The position numbers were made by a program, and so were the translations under genes. Below are positions 46,680-59,119 of a DNA stretch of 64,000 nt, piece after piece (position 1 is the stretch's first letter; the number at the start of each line of letters is the position of its first letter). The notes beneath the pieces were generated by a model, which worked only from the letters and a program-made list of their open reading frames with translations, ran no database searches and was not told where the DNA came from. The DNA is taken from contig CAWGED010000006.1 of assembly GCA_963821525.1 (NCBI GenBank), positions 42,792 to 106,791 of the forward strand, in the 5' to 3' direction. This DNA is from an uncultured Gemmatimonadales bacterium. GTDB taxonomy: Bacteria; Gemmatimonadota; Gemmatimonadetes; Gemmatimonadales; GWC2-71-9.

Positions 46680-47696
46680 GTGTTGCGGGCCCAGTACGAG
46701 ACTCGGCGCCCGTCAGCGTCGAGAGGGGTAGATGCCACGTTGGTCGTTATCACTAGAAATGAAGGGCAGGCCCTGCGCCATACTATCGATCGCCTACTCC
46801 AAACCGCACCAGCCTCCACCGAGGTTGTGGTCGTCGACGACGGGTCGACCGATGGTAGTATCGACTTCCTCACCGCCAGCCATTCCCCGATTCGGCTGGT
46901 GCGCTCCAGTCGACAGCTGGGGATCGCACGGGCCAGGAATCTCGGCGTGCGAGAGGGCAGAGGCGAGCTCATCGTGTTCTGCGACGCCCATCTGGCGCCC
47001 GCGAAGGATTGGCTCCGCCCCCTCGCCGAGGCGGTTCGTTCACCCGGCGCCGGTGCGGCAGGTCCCTGCCTGGCTTCCTACACCAAACGCAGCGTCAAAG
47101 TGTATGGACTCCGTTTCGTGGACGACGTGCTCAACGTAAGGTGGCTTCCTCCGCAGCGCACCGAGCCGTATCCGGTTCCTCTTCTCGCAGGATGCGTTCT
47201 GGCAATCAGGCGGGAAGTCTTCAATGAGATCGGTGGCTTCGACGACGGCATGTTCGGCTACGGGTCGGAAGACCTGGAGTTGTGCCTGCGGCTCTGGCGC
47301 TCGGGACTCGACTGCCTGGTCGTACCGGAATCCGAGGTCGCACATCGCTTCCGGGGTGCGGGAACCCGGCACATTGATCAGGAGCTGAGCCTCTTCAACC
47401 TGCTCCGGATGGGCATCCTGCATCTCGGGGAGCAACGCCTCATTTCGTTTCTGAACGCGCTGCGACGGAACGCTGCCTTTCCCGAAGCCATGGCACGAGT
47501 GCTCTCGGGAGACACCTTTCGTCGGCGGGCGCAGCTGGGCGGAATGATGCAGTTCGATGATGCGTGGTTCTTTGAACGATTCGCGACTCCGATGCCCGGC
47601 TCGGTGGAATCCAGCAACGGCAAGCATCGCGAGTTCAGCCACAACGGCGCGAAAGTCCGCAGCCGAGGAGGTTCCGATGGGGTACCGGCATCTTAA
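46680..47696 (+). CDS. Second GT-A fold glycosyltransferase, paralog of 44867-45775
   Basis: VVDDGSTD, LGIARARNLG, FCDAH, GGFDDGMFGYGSEDLELCLRLW and VAHRFR. Confidence 0.88.
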   Translation: MLRAQYETRRPSASRGVDATLVVITRNEGQALRHTIDRLLQTAPASTEVVVVDDGSTDGSIDFLTASHSPIRLVRSSRQLGIARARNLGVREGRGELIVFCDAHLAPAKDWLRPLAEAVRSPGAGAAGPCLASYTKRSVKVYGLRFVDDVLNVRWLPPQRTEPYPVPLLAGCVLAIRREVFNEIGGFDDGMFGYGSEDLELCLRLWRSGLDCLVVPESEVAHRFRGAGTRHIDQELSLFNLLRMGILHLGEQRLISFLNALRRNAAFPEAMARVLSGDTFRRRAQLGGMMQFDDAWFFERFATPMPGSVESSNGKHREFSHNGAKVRSRGGSDGVPAS

Positions 47697-48540
47697 CCGG
47701 AATGCGTGGTCATATCTCGTCGAGCGCCGGGAGGAATCAACCCGCCCCTATGGCCCGGCCGAGTTCAGTCAGGCCCAATACTGGCTGGACTCGAGCGACT
47801 GGATTCCATGGGAGGAGGTGAACCGGGTGCTCTGCCTCGCCTCGGGTGGCGGCCAGCAGGGTCCGCTCTTCGCATCCCTCGGGCTCGACGTAACCGTGTT
47901 CGACCTGAACCCGGATCAGCTGCGAACGGACCAACGCACCGCCCGGCGACATGGATTGTCGCTGCACTGTGTTGAAGGAGACATGATGGACCTCTCCCAG
48001 CTCCATGGCGGCGACTTCGACCTCGTCTATCAACCGATCTCCTCTCTCTACGTGCCCGACATCCGGAAGGTCTACCGGGAGATTTACCAGGTGCTGAGAC
48101 CCGGGGGCTACTACTGGGTGGAGCACTGGAATCCGGTGCAGATGCAGCTGTCAGAATCGAAACCCTGGGACGGGGAAGCGTACCGAGTGGTGTACCAGCA
48201 GGACACCGGTCAGCCGCTGGCGTGGGAGATGTCGACCAAGAAAGGCCAGTCGGCCATCTCGTGGAACTACATCCATTCCCTGGAGGCCTTGATCGGAGGG
48301 ATCTGTGAAGCTGGAATGGTGATTCTGCAATTCGGAGAGCGCCATGATGGCAACCCGTCGGCTCGCCCCGGCAGCAACGCTCACATGTCGGCCCACATTC
48401 CCAGTTTCTACTCGGTCTTCGCGGTGAAACCGGGGGCGCAGCCTCGGCGCCGGAAGCCGCGGCCCGGGGCGTTGCGATCAGGGAAGCCGGGTCGCGCGGG
48501 AGGCGAAACGGGGCCTAACAGGTCACGAAGTGCCGGCTAA
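47677..48540 (+). CDS. Class I SAM-dependent methyltransferase
   Basis: VLCLASGGGQQG, VTVFD, GDMMDL, FDLV and VLRPGG; GAGGAG RBS upstream. Confidence 0.88.
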   Translation: MGYRHLNRNAWSYLVERREESTRPYGPAEFSQAQYWLDSSDWIPWEEVNRVLCLASGGGQQGPLFASLGLDVTVFDLNPDQLRTDQRTARRHGLSLHCVEGDMMDLSQLHGGDFDLVYQPISSLYVPDIRKVYREIYQVLRPGGYYWVEHWNPVQMQLSESKPWDGEAYRVVYQQDTGQPLAWEMSTKKGQSAISWNYIHSLEALIGGICEAGMVILQFGERHDGNPSARPGSNAHMSAHIPSFYSVFAVKPGAQPRRRKPRPGALRSGKPGRAGGETGPNRSRSAG

Positions 48541-49324
48541 CCTTCCGTGAAACCGCCTCGCGGCGCTGCGGGGTCGTGATACCATAGCCGAACGCCTGCG
48601 CCAGGCGCTCGATTCCCGTCTCCGCCAGCTCAGCGAGAGCCTGGGGACGAGTCTCCCAGCGCTTGAAATAGGCTTCATTGACGTCCGGGCGAAGTCCCTC
48701 GATGGAGAGTGGCCCCTCCAATCCCAGAAACTCCAGGACCCTTCCGAGCACCTCAGCGGGCCTCTCCACCAGATCCTCATACCGCACGAGGACCACCTTG
48801 CGGAGGGCCGGAGCGTCCTCCAGGAGCAGGCGATGGCAGTGTGCCCAGTGCTGGACCAGCGAAGCGAGACTCGACTTGCTCCATTTGAGTGTCGCCTCGG
48901 CAACAGCAATCGGGTGCCGGATGATCAAGACGAAGTGAGCTGGCGGGAAGAGCGCTTGGAGCAATCGGGTCCGGAGCAGGTTGGGTGGCGACTTCTCCAG
49001 GAGAACCGGGCGAGATGAATCCCAGTAGGGCAGCCAGGATGCCAGGAGCCGGTCCCGATTGCCGGGAGTACTGAGCGGTGATTCTTCTGTCAGATGCGCG
49101 GCTGGCGAGAATCCAAAGCGTCCCGGACCACCGATCGCGAGCGCGCTGGGAAGAACGTCCTGCAAGTGCTGGCCCTCATCTTCGGGAACCCTGGATCTGC
49201 TGAGGCCGCTGACCGCCGCATGGGAGGCCAACCCGCGAGACAGCATGCTGGTGCCGCTGCGGTGAAGCCCCCCGACAAACACGAATCGGTGGCGACGGAC
49301 GAACCCGCCATCCAGGCGCAACAC
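48515..49324 (-). CDS. Sulfotransferase-family protein
   Basis: FVGGLHRSGTS, EDEGQHLQ, LEKSPPN, IRHP and VRYEDL. Confidence 0.85.
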   Translation of the reverse strand: MLRLDGGFVRRHRFVFVGGLHRSGTSMLSRGLASHAAVSGLSRSRVPEDEGQHLQDVLPSALAIGGPGRFGFSPAAHLTEESPLSTPGNRDRLLASWLPYWDSSRPVLLEKSPPNLLRTRLLQALFPPAHFVLIIRHPIAVAEATLKWSKSSLASLVQHWAHCHRLLLEDAPALRKVVLVRYEDLVERPAEVLGRVLEFLGLEGPLSIEGLRPDVNEAYFKRWETRPQALAELAETGIERLAQAFGYGITTPQRREAVSRKVSRHFVTC

Positions 49325-50395
49325 CTAGACGCCTCCCGAAGTGGAGTAGTGAACAAAGAGTCGCCGGAAGTAACGCCGGTAGGCTCCTGCCACCGCTGGC
49401 GAGCGGATGAAAAGCACGTCTTCGTTGTTGGTCTCGGCGCTGGTGGAAAAGTTGTAGCTCCCCGTGATTACCGTGTGATCGTCGAGAATGAAAGTCTTCA
49501 GGTGGTGGAAATCGTTGAGTCCCCCCGGCAGAGTCATGAAAGGATGGGAGCGGACTCCGACAAACCGTTGATCGCCCAGATACCACCAGTACAGGCGGGG
49601 ATCGGGTGATTTCACGAACGCGAGGGCGTCCTTCATGCCGTTGACGTCGAAGATGCCACGGATATCGGCGCCAGGATCCGCGAAACGGGTGAGAGCCTCG
49701 CCGATTTCCGGGTCGCTCAGCTCGAATGCCATCATCCGCACTTTGGTTGCTCGTCCCAGGGCGCTGGCGATTGCGTTCTCGACTTTGGTTCCTGCCGTGG
49801 GTTCGAAGAAGGGCCACAGCCAGGCCCCGGGGACATCGCCAATCCGTCGCCGGCTCAAGGCGATTGGCAGAGCGAGCGCCTGGGTCGGCTCGGCCCAGAT
49901 CAGGTCGAAGGCCTGCCCATATCTGCGGGCCAGCTGTTGCGAGTGGACGACGATCCAGTTGTTGTCCTGAAGCTGGAGAGCGCCAGTGGTAAAGTTGCCG
50001 GTTCCGGTCCAGATCGACTTTCGGTCGCGGATGAGGAATTTGTGGTGAAGGTAGGTCTTCGAGGTGCGTCGGATTTTGCGCGAATGCTGGAGGAGGCCGA
50101 ACTCATCGAGGGCTGCCTCGGTACCGTTAGGCTTTGGATCGGCCCCGGGCTTGAGCTTCTCGGGCTCCCCAGCATCGAAGGCCACTCGGACGCGGCACCC
50201 TTCTCGCATCTTCCGGCGCAGGGCGGCGAGAACTTCAAGGTCGCGCAGGTCGTAGATGGCGCAGTCAATCGACCGCTGGGTGGCTGCCACGAAGTCAACC
50301 AGGCGACTGGTCACATCGCCGGTCAAACCGGCCCGCTTCGAGGTGAAGAAGATCCGGATCCCGGGAACGGCGAAGGTATAAAGCGGCTGGCGCAT
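49325..50395 (-). CDS. Phospholipase D-like protein with two HKD motifs
   Basis: HHKFLIRD..WTGTGNFT and HLKTFILD..ITGSYNFS..NNE. Confidence 0.85.
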   Translation of the reverse strand: MRQPLYTFAVPGIRIFFTSKRAGLTGDVTSRLVDFVAATQRSIDCAIYDLRDLEVLAALRRKMREGCRVRVAFDAGEPEKLKPGADPKPNGTEAALDEFGLLQHSRKIRRTSKTYLHHKFLIRDRKSIWTGTGNFTTGALQLQDNNWIVVHSQQLARRYGQAFDLIWAEPTQALALPIALSRRRIGDVPGAWLWPFFEPTAGTKVENAIASALGRATKVRMMAFELSDPEIGEALTRFADPGADIRGIFDVNGMKDALAFVKSPDPRLYWWYLGDQRFVGVRSHPFMTLPGGLNDFHHLKTFILDDHTVITGSYNFSTSAETNNEDVLFIRSPAVAGAYRRYFRRLFVHYSTSGGV

Positions 50396-50518
50396 TGATG
50401 CCGTCCACGATTGGTGCTTGGCGGTAATCTACTGCGAGTACCCGTGCGTTCCAGATGATCGGCCGCTCGCAACGATTGGCACATCCCCCAGTGGGCAAAG
50501 GGAAGAAGGGTGAGGTAT

Positions 50519-50549
50519 TATTGACTTATCAGTCAATATACGCTACTTT
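50519..50549 (+). promoter_or_regulatory. Sigma70-like promoter overlapped by a putative TetR operator
   Basis: TTGACT-N17-TACTTT; perfect inverted repeat tattgact-tatc-agtcaata (50519-50538). A related ttgac-N6-ttcaa site lies at 51152-51167. Confidence 0.65.
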
Positions 50550-50555
50550 CTCCCC

Positions 50556-51131
50556 ATGCCTCGCCCCCGTGAATTCGACCCCGACCTCGTCCTCGACCGC
50601 GCCGTCGAGCTCTTCTGGGCCAAAGGCTATGAGGGCACCTCGATCAGCGACCTCGAGGAACACCTCGGCATGGGGAGGCAGAGCCTCTACGGAGCATTCG
50701 GAGACAAGCACGAGTTGTATGTGAAGGCGATGGACCGCTACGCCTCCTCCCAGTCGTGGACCAGGAAGGATCTGCTCAAGCCCGACGCCGGGGTGGAGGA
50801 GATCAGGGAGTATTTCAAGGGACTCATTTCCGCGGTAACGCAGGAGCCAAGGCGGTCCTGCATGCTGATCAACGCCGCCATCGAGGGCGATTGTGAGCAC
50901 CCGAAAGTGGCGGGGCGCTGCACCGACAATCAGCAGAACCTGACCCGCGCCTTTCGCCACGCCCTCGAGGGTGCAATTGCCAAAGGGCAGCTGGACCGGA
51001 AGACCGATACCAATGCCCTGGCCCTGGCGCTGGTCAGCCAGTCCTTCGGCCTCAACGTGATGGCGCGGAACGGGGCGTCCCCGGCGACCCTGGCCAAGGT
51101 GGCCGAAAGCATCATGCAGGTCTTCAAGTAG
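50556..51131 (+). CDS. TetR/AcrR-family transcriptional regulator
   Basis: MPRPREFD..AVELFWAKGYEGTSISDL...GMGRQSLYGAFGDK. Confidence 0.93.
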   Translation: MPRPREFDPDLVLDRAVELFWAKGYEGTSISDLEEHLGMGRQSLYGAFGDKHELYVKAMDRYASSQSWTRKDLLKPDAGVEEIREYFKGLISAVTQEPRRSCMLINAAIEGDCEHPKVAGRCTDNQQNLTRAFRHALEGAIAKGQLDRKTDTNALALALVSQSFGLNVMARNGASPATLAKVAESIMQVFK

Positions 51132-51184
51132 CTCTCTTTTTTGAGTTGTTATTGACCAGTCGTTCAACATTAAGGAGTAATGCA

Positions 51185-51943
51185 ATGAGTGGACAGAAGA
51201 TTCAGGGCAGCATTGCCCTGGTGACCGGCGCCAATCGAGGGATCGGCAAGGCGATCGTGGAAGCGTTGCTGGAGCGGGGGGCGAAGAAGGTGTACGCCGG
51301 CGCCCGGAGGGTAGAGGCGCTTCAGGACCTTGTGGCTCGGTACAATGGCCGCCTGGTGCCGCTGTCGCTGGATGTGACCGACGTGGTCCAGGTCGGTGAA
51401 TTGAGCGCCAAGGCCGGCGACGTGACCCTGGTGATCAACAACGCCGGCGTTGCCGCCGCGGCGATCGGCGCCCAGATCACCGATCCCGCCATTCTCCCGG
51501 CCGCCCGCGCCGAGATTGATGTCAACTACTTCGGGACGCTGTATGTCACCCAGGCGCTGGCACCGGTCCTCGCGAAGAACGGGGGCGGCACCATCGTGAA
51601 CATCGGCTCCGTCGCGTCCCTCACGTCCTTTCCGATTCTCGCCTCCTACAGCGCATCGAAGGCGGCATTGCGCTCTCTCACTCAAGCCTCGCGAGCGCAC
51701 CTGGCCGCTCAAGGCACGCGGGTGATCGGAGTGTACCCGGGCCCCGTCGACACCGATATGGCCGCGGACATCCCGCTGGAGAAGGCCGCACCATCCAGCG
51801 TCGCGGCAAACATTCTCGGTGCCGTGGAAGAGGGCATCGAGGAGGTGTATCCCGACCCGATGGCAGTGGAAGTAGGGCGGGAGTTCGAATCCAACCCGAT
51901 GGGGCTGGCACGCCGGATGTCGGGTGCGGTGGCGGTTGCTTAA
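51185..51943 (+). CDS. SDR-family oxidoreductase
   Basis: VTGANRGIG, INNAG, YSASK and PGPVDTDM; TAAGGAG RBS. Confidence 0.93.
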   Translation: MSGQKIQGSIALVTGANRGIGKAIVEALLERGAKKVYAGARRVEALQDLVARYNGRLVPLSLDVTDVVQVGELSAKAGDVTLVINNAGVAAAAIGAQITDPAILPAARAEIDVNYFGTLYVTQALAPVLAKNGGGTIVNIGSVASLTSFPILASYSASKAALRSLTQASRAHLAAQGTRVIGVYPGPVDTDMAADIPLEKAAPSSVAANILGAVEEGIEEVYPDPMAVEVGREFESNPMGLARRMSGAVAVA

Positions 51944-52193
51944 CCTAATCCCACGGATACCCCCTTCCCAAGTGCGGGATAGGGAAGGGGGAACGCGTCT
52001 GGATGCATCTGCGAGAAAGCACCGTCATCCCGAGGCGCGAAGCGACGAGGGATCTAGGCTCCTTACCCTGGCATTGGGATAGGACATCTAGATCCCTCGC
52101 TGCGCTCGGAATGACAACTTTCGGTACTACTTGTCGAGGAGCCCTCGGACTCCGTTCCCCCTTCCCAATAGGGAAGGGTGACAGGGTTTTAGG

Positions 52194-54458
52194 TCAGGAG
52201 CACCCCGACTCCCTCAACAGTCCCTGAAACCTCGGCTCCTCCCGCAACCAATCCCAATCCGGATCGGCCTGGAGAAACACGCACCACCCCGAGCGCCGGT
52301 CGCAGGCCCGCTCCCAGAGCCGGAACCCCGCGTCGTAGTCTTCCAGCCCGAAGAGAATCAGCGACTGGAATATCTCCGGCACGTAGCCTCGGGTTGCCAG
52401 CTCGCGTAACTCAGCGAGAAATGCCCCGGCTTCGGAGCGGCGCCCCAATCTCCCATGGGCAGCACCCGCGTAGGCCAGAAAGATCGGCCGGCGGCCAATG
52501 GCCTGCATCGCCCGCTCTGCAGTGGTGACTAGCTCCTCGAAACTCCTTCGAGCCGACGCGTTTCGCGCCAGCGTCGCGTAGCCTTGGTACGAATCGGGAT
52601 TCAGCTCGAGATGGGCGCGGAGCACCTCGGCGGCCTCCTCGAGTCGCCGGGCGTAGTGGAGACACCGGCCCACACTGACCTGGATCGTGACCGATAGCGG
52701 ATCGGTCACCTGAGCCCGGCGAATCACCTGCAGTGCCTCCTCGGCGTGACCCGTGATGCAGAGGAACAAGGCGTACCAGTGCTGGGCCGGACCGCTCGAG
52801 CCGAGCGCCATGCCTCGATCGTACTCCCGCTGCGCGAGATCCCAGTCCCAATCGTAGATCGTCGCCACGATCCCGCGGGTGAGATGCGCATCCGCTAAGC
52901 CGTCGTCCAGCTCGACGGCCCTCAGTGCCGCGGCCCTCGCAGGCGGAATCGCCTGCTCCGGCGGCAGGACACCAAACTCTTCCAAGCCGAGCATCGCGTA
53001 GGCGTATCCCAGCCAGGCGTGGGCGTGGGCATAGTTGGGATCGAGCTCGAGGGCTTGCTGGAAGAAGGTGAGCGCCTGGGCAAAACCCTGGGGCGTCGCC
53101 TCGTCCCACGCGTGCCGGCCTCTCAAGTAGAGGTTGTACGCCTCCGGCTTCCGCGGTCTGCGGTGCGACCAGCTGCGGGGGCGTGGTGACGGTGCGGGTG
53201 AGGTTGCTCGAGATCGCGCGGGCCAGCTCGTCCTGCACCGCGAACACGTCCGCCAGTTTCCGGTCGTAGCTCTGGGACCAGAGGTGATAGCCGTCGGCCG
53301 CGTTGATCAGCTGGGCGGTGACCCGCACCTGGTCGCCCGCCTTGCGCACGCTGCCTTCGAGCAGGGTCCGCACTCTCAGGCGCTCGCCTATTTCGCGGGC
53401 ATCCACGCTCTTTCCCTTGAAGGCGAACGCCGAGGTCCGTGCGGCGACCCGGAGGCTGGGGACCTGGCTCAGGGCGTTGATGATCTCCTCGGTCATCCCG
53501 TCACTGAAGTATTCGGTGTCGGGGTCCGCGCTGAGGTTGGCGAAGGGGAGCACCGCAATGGACGCTTCAGGCGCTGTCTCCTGCTTGGCACTCGCGGTTC
53601 TCGCATTGCCTGCTGGGCGACAATGGCTCCGGGCTGGAGAGCAGCGCCGAACTCGGCCGCGCTCGGGAAGCGGTCGCGCGGTTCGGTCTCCAGCGCTCGG
53701 GAAACGGCGGCATCGATGGCAGGCGGAATCTCACCATCAACGCTGCGAAGCGATGGGGCAGGGTCCACCAGCCGGCGCAGCATGACCGATCGCACCGTGA
53801 GCCCTCCGAAGGGAGGTTTCCCTGCCAGCGCCTCGAAGAGCAGGCACCCCAGGCTGTAGATATCGGTTCGTCCGTCCAGGTCCCCGTCGCGGGAGATCTG
53901 CTCCGGGCTCATGTAGTCCGGGGTGCCGAGGATGTGGCCGGCGGTCGCTTCACCAACCTCCGCTTCGGAAATCGCGCGGGCGATGCCGAAGTCGGACACC
54001 AGGGCGTGACCGGATCCCAGCAGCACATTCTCCGGTTTGATATCGCGATGGATCACCCCGCGGGTGTGCGCGTAGTCGAGTGCATCCGCCACCTCACGCG
54101 CGATCTTCAACGCCTCCTCGAGCGGCAGCCGGCCTTCGCGATTCAGTCGCGCCCGCAGCGATTCGCCCTCGATGTAGGCCATGACGTAGTAGAGCTGCCC
54201 ATCGTGGCTTCCCGAGTCGTAGACCGGCACGATGTGAGGATGAGTGAGACTCGCGGCCAGCTTGATCTCGCGGAGGAACCGCTCGCTCTGGAGCGAGTAT
54301 GACAACTCCGGCTGGAGCACCTTGAGCGCAACCGGCCGCTCGTGCTTCCGATCTCGCGCCAGATACACCATCGCCATCCCGCCGCGACCGAGTTCCCGCT
54401 CGATGAGGTAGCGGTTCTCGAATTCGGCGCCGATTTCGACGATGGTATCGACTTTCAC
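52194..54458 (-). CDS. Ser/Thr kinase + TolB-like domain + TPR protein; frameshifts near 53555 and 53145
   Basis: [15 protein letters not shown] and DFG; LPFANLSADPDTEYFSDGMTEEII; TPR-like helices. Confidence 0.88.
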
Positions 54459-54645
54459 CTAACCCCCTGTCCGGGAGGCTGTCATTCCGAGCGAAGCGAG
54501 GAATCTCAGTGCCTGCCTTTCATCGGCCCGTAGGCACTGAGATTCCGTGGTCGCTTCGCGCTCTCGGAATGACAACGTTCAGTTTCCTCGCTACAGACGG
54601 CTAAGGCTGCGTTCCCCCTTCCCAATAGGGAAGGGGGACAGGGGG

Positions 54646-56945
<2,300 letters not shown>

Positions 56946-57266
56946 GGGCGAACGCGCCTTCAACCTAATCCCCGACACCTGACCCCTGACACCTTTACCG
57001 AGGTCCGCGTGTCACGGTGGATGAGGTACTAGGGATCAGGTGTCAGTAAATCCTCGTCGCTTCGCCATTCGGACCGATCACGTTCTCTTCTCCCACCCCA
57101 CAGGCTGGTTCCCCTTCCCAATAGGAAGGGGGACAGGGGGTTGGTATAAGCAAAGGGGGACGGGGTTTACGTAACGAAGAGCAGGGGTAGGTGGCCCTAT
57201 CCTTGCGGGTTCACTTCACAGTTTTCAGCTTCAGTCGGACTCTCCAACCTCTTCTGTGGCAATCAC

Positions 57267-58265
57267 ATGGCGCCCGCGAGCTTCAACCCGGCAATGGTCA
57301 TCGGCTTCGGCCTCGGCGTCGGGATTCTGGTGGGAATGACCGGAATCGGCGGTGGTGCGTTGATGACGCCACTCCTGGTGTTGTTCGTTGGCACCCCGCC
57401 GGCGACCGCCGTCGGAACCGATCTGGTCTACGGTGCAGTGACCAAGACGGTCGGCGGCTTCAAGCACATGAAGCAGAAGACGGTGGACTACGCCCTCTCC
57501 TGGTGGATGGCGGTGGGCTCGGTGCCGGCCGCGGTCCTCGGCGTATATGTCGTCGGTGTGCTGCGAAAAAGTCTTGGCGGTCCCACGTTCGATCACACGA
57601 TGCTCTTGCTCCTGGCCGGTGCGATCGCCTTCACCGGTGCGCTCACTCTAATCCGCGCGATTTTCCTCAAGCAGCTCATCGCCCGCGAGCGGGATCATGT
57701 CGAGATGGAAACGCGGCACAAGATTGCGGCGGTGCTGCTGGGCCTCTCGGTCGGCTTCGTACTGGGAATCACCTCGGCGGGAAGCGGATCGCTCATCGCG
57801 CTGGGCCTGATCCTGCTCTTCCGGCTGAGCCCCTACAAGGTGGTCGGCACCGACATCTTCCACGCGGCGATCGTGCTTTGGGCCGGCGGCATCGCGCACA
57901 TCATCGCGGGGAACGTAGACTGGGCCTTGGCTGGCACCATTCTCATCGGCTCCGTGCCCGGCGTCTGGCTCGGCAGCCACATGTCGGTTCGCCTTCCCGC
58001 CGGCACACTCCGCACCATACTCGGCGTCGTGCTCATCGGTGCCGCGATGGGACTCGGCTCCAAGGCCGGGCTCCCCATTCCACCCTGGGCCATCGCCGTC
58101 GTCCCCGGCATCCTCGCCGTGATCGTGCTGTGGGAACGGTTCCGCAATCGGGTGCACCGGCATGAGGCGGATACGGTGGCGCAGTATCCGGGGACTGAGC
58201 GGCGCAGGCACAGTGGGGGAAGTTGGGAGAAGGGTGAGAGGAGAAAGGAGAAGAGAGCAGTGTAG
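57267..58265 (+). CDS. TauE/SafE (TSUP) family transporter
   Basis: GMTGIGGGALMTP, AVGTDL, GITSAGSGSL and VGTDIFHA; multiple TM helices. Confidence 0.9.
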   Translation: MAPASFNPAMVIGFGLGVGILVGMTGIGGGALMTPLLVLFVGTPPATAVGTDLVYGAVTKTVGGFKHMKQKTVDYALSWWMAVGSVPAAVLGVYVVGVLRKSLGGPTFDHTMLLLLAGAIAFTGALTLIRAIFLKQLIARERDHVEMETRHKIAAVLLGLSVGFVLGITSAGSGSLIALGLILLFRLSPYKVVGTDIFHAAIVLWAGGIAHIIAGNVDWALAGTILIGSVPGVWLGSHMSVRLPAGTLRTILGVVLIGAAMGLGSKAGLPIPPWAIAVVPGILAVIVLWERFRNRVHRHEADTVAQYPGTERRRHSGGSWEKGERRKEKRAV

Positions 58266-58739
58266 GGTGAACGAGCCGCCGAAACAAAACTCTTGCGCAT
58301 TTCGATCGTATTTGCTATCGTCGGTGCCGCTTCACCGGGAGTCGCGTCCCAAGGTCTGCAGCGAGCCAGGCTATTCGCTGGGGGAGACCATGGACGCGAC
58401 TCTTTCTTTTTTGGGATTCCCGATGTCGTTGATGCGTGGAGGTTTGACTGTTTCATGACTGCCGCGTTGTTGATTCAGCGAGGTTTTGAGGTGGACGGTC
58501 TCGTGGCCGCCGCTCCGGGCGTAGCATGCCTGGCAGCCAGGCGCGAGCCCGGTCTGGATCGACTGGGCGCAGTCATTAGAGATTTGCGGCTCGGACAAAA
58601 CAACAGCGTGCAGAGGGGAGGGACGGACCGAGGGCCGTGAGGTCCATGGCCTGAATCCCACTCCCAGGGGATGAACGATCGCCCCGCCTGCGCGCTTGAC
58701 GCCGGGTGGGGCGATCGGCGTTTCAGAGTATCTGCCCCG

Positions 58740-58751
58740 GCTCTTTGACAA
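58740..58751 (+). promoter_or_regulatory. boxA-like antitermination motif
   Basis: GCTCTTTGACAA compared with the rrn boxA core GCTCTTTAACA. It lies directly upstream of the repeat/tRNA array. Confidence 0.5.
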
Positions 58752-58865
58752 CCGTTGGGGAATTTTAGGGAATTTCAGATTGAAGATTTCAGATTGAAGA
58801 TTGGGTGAACAGCCCGAGCCGCCGAGCCGCCTGCTCGCGCACCCCAAATCTTCAATACAGACTGA

Positions 58866-58943
58866 ATGGCCGGCGGGCGGTCAGCGTTCTCACACGAGAT
58901 CACGCGACTCCCGGGTGGGGGCGTTGGTCGTTCGCCGTGCCAT
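58866..58943 (+). ncRNA. Candidate structured RNA: 28-bp G-U-rich hairpin
   Basis: atggccggcgggcggtcagcgttctcac pairs with gtgggggcgttggtcgttcgccgtgccat, with one bulge and eight G-U pairs on the + strand. Confidence 0.5.
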
Positions 58944-59046
58944 TTGCAGCAATTTCAGATTGAAGATTTCAGATTGAAGATTGAGAGGACAGATCAGAGA
59001 TGCTGTTGTTCAATCTGCAATCTGCAATCTTCAATCATCAATGCTC

Positions 59047-59119
59047 GGGCTGGTAGCTCAATCGGAAGAGCACCCCTCTCGCACGGGGGAGACTCTGGGT
59101 TCGAATCCCAGCCGGTCCA
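59047..59119 (+). tRNA. tRNA-Ala(CGC), CCA not encoded
   Basis: Acceptor GGGCTGG/CCGGTCC with G3-U70, D stem GCTC/GAGC, anticodon arm CCCCT-CTCGCAC-GGGGG, T arm CTGGG-TTCGAAT-CCCAG, discriminator A. Confidence 0.9.

Noticed and set aside
58293..58847. ORFs 58293-58640 (+) and 58371-58847 (-)
   Set aside because: No family motifs, and they are partly built from repeat sequence, so coding status is unsupported.
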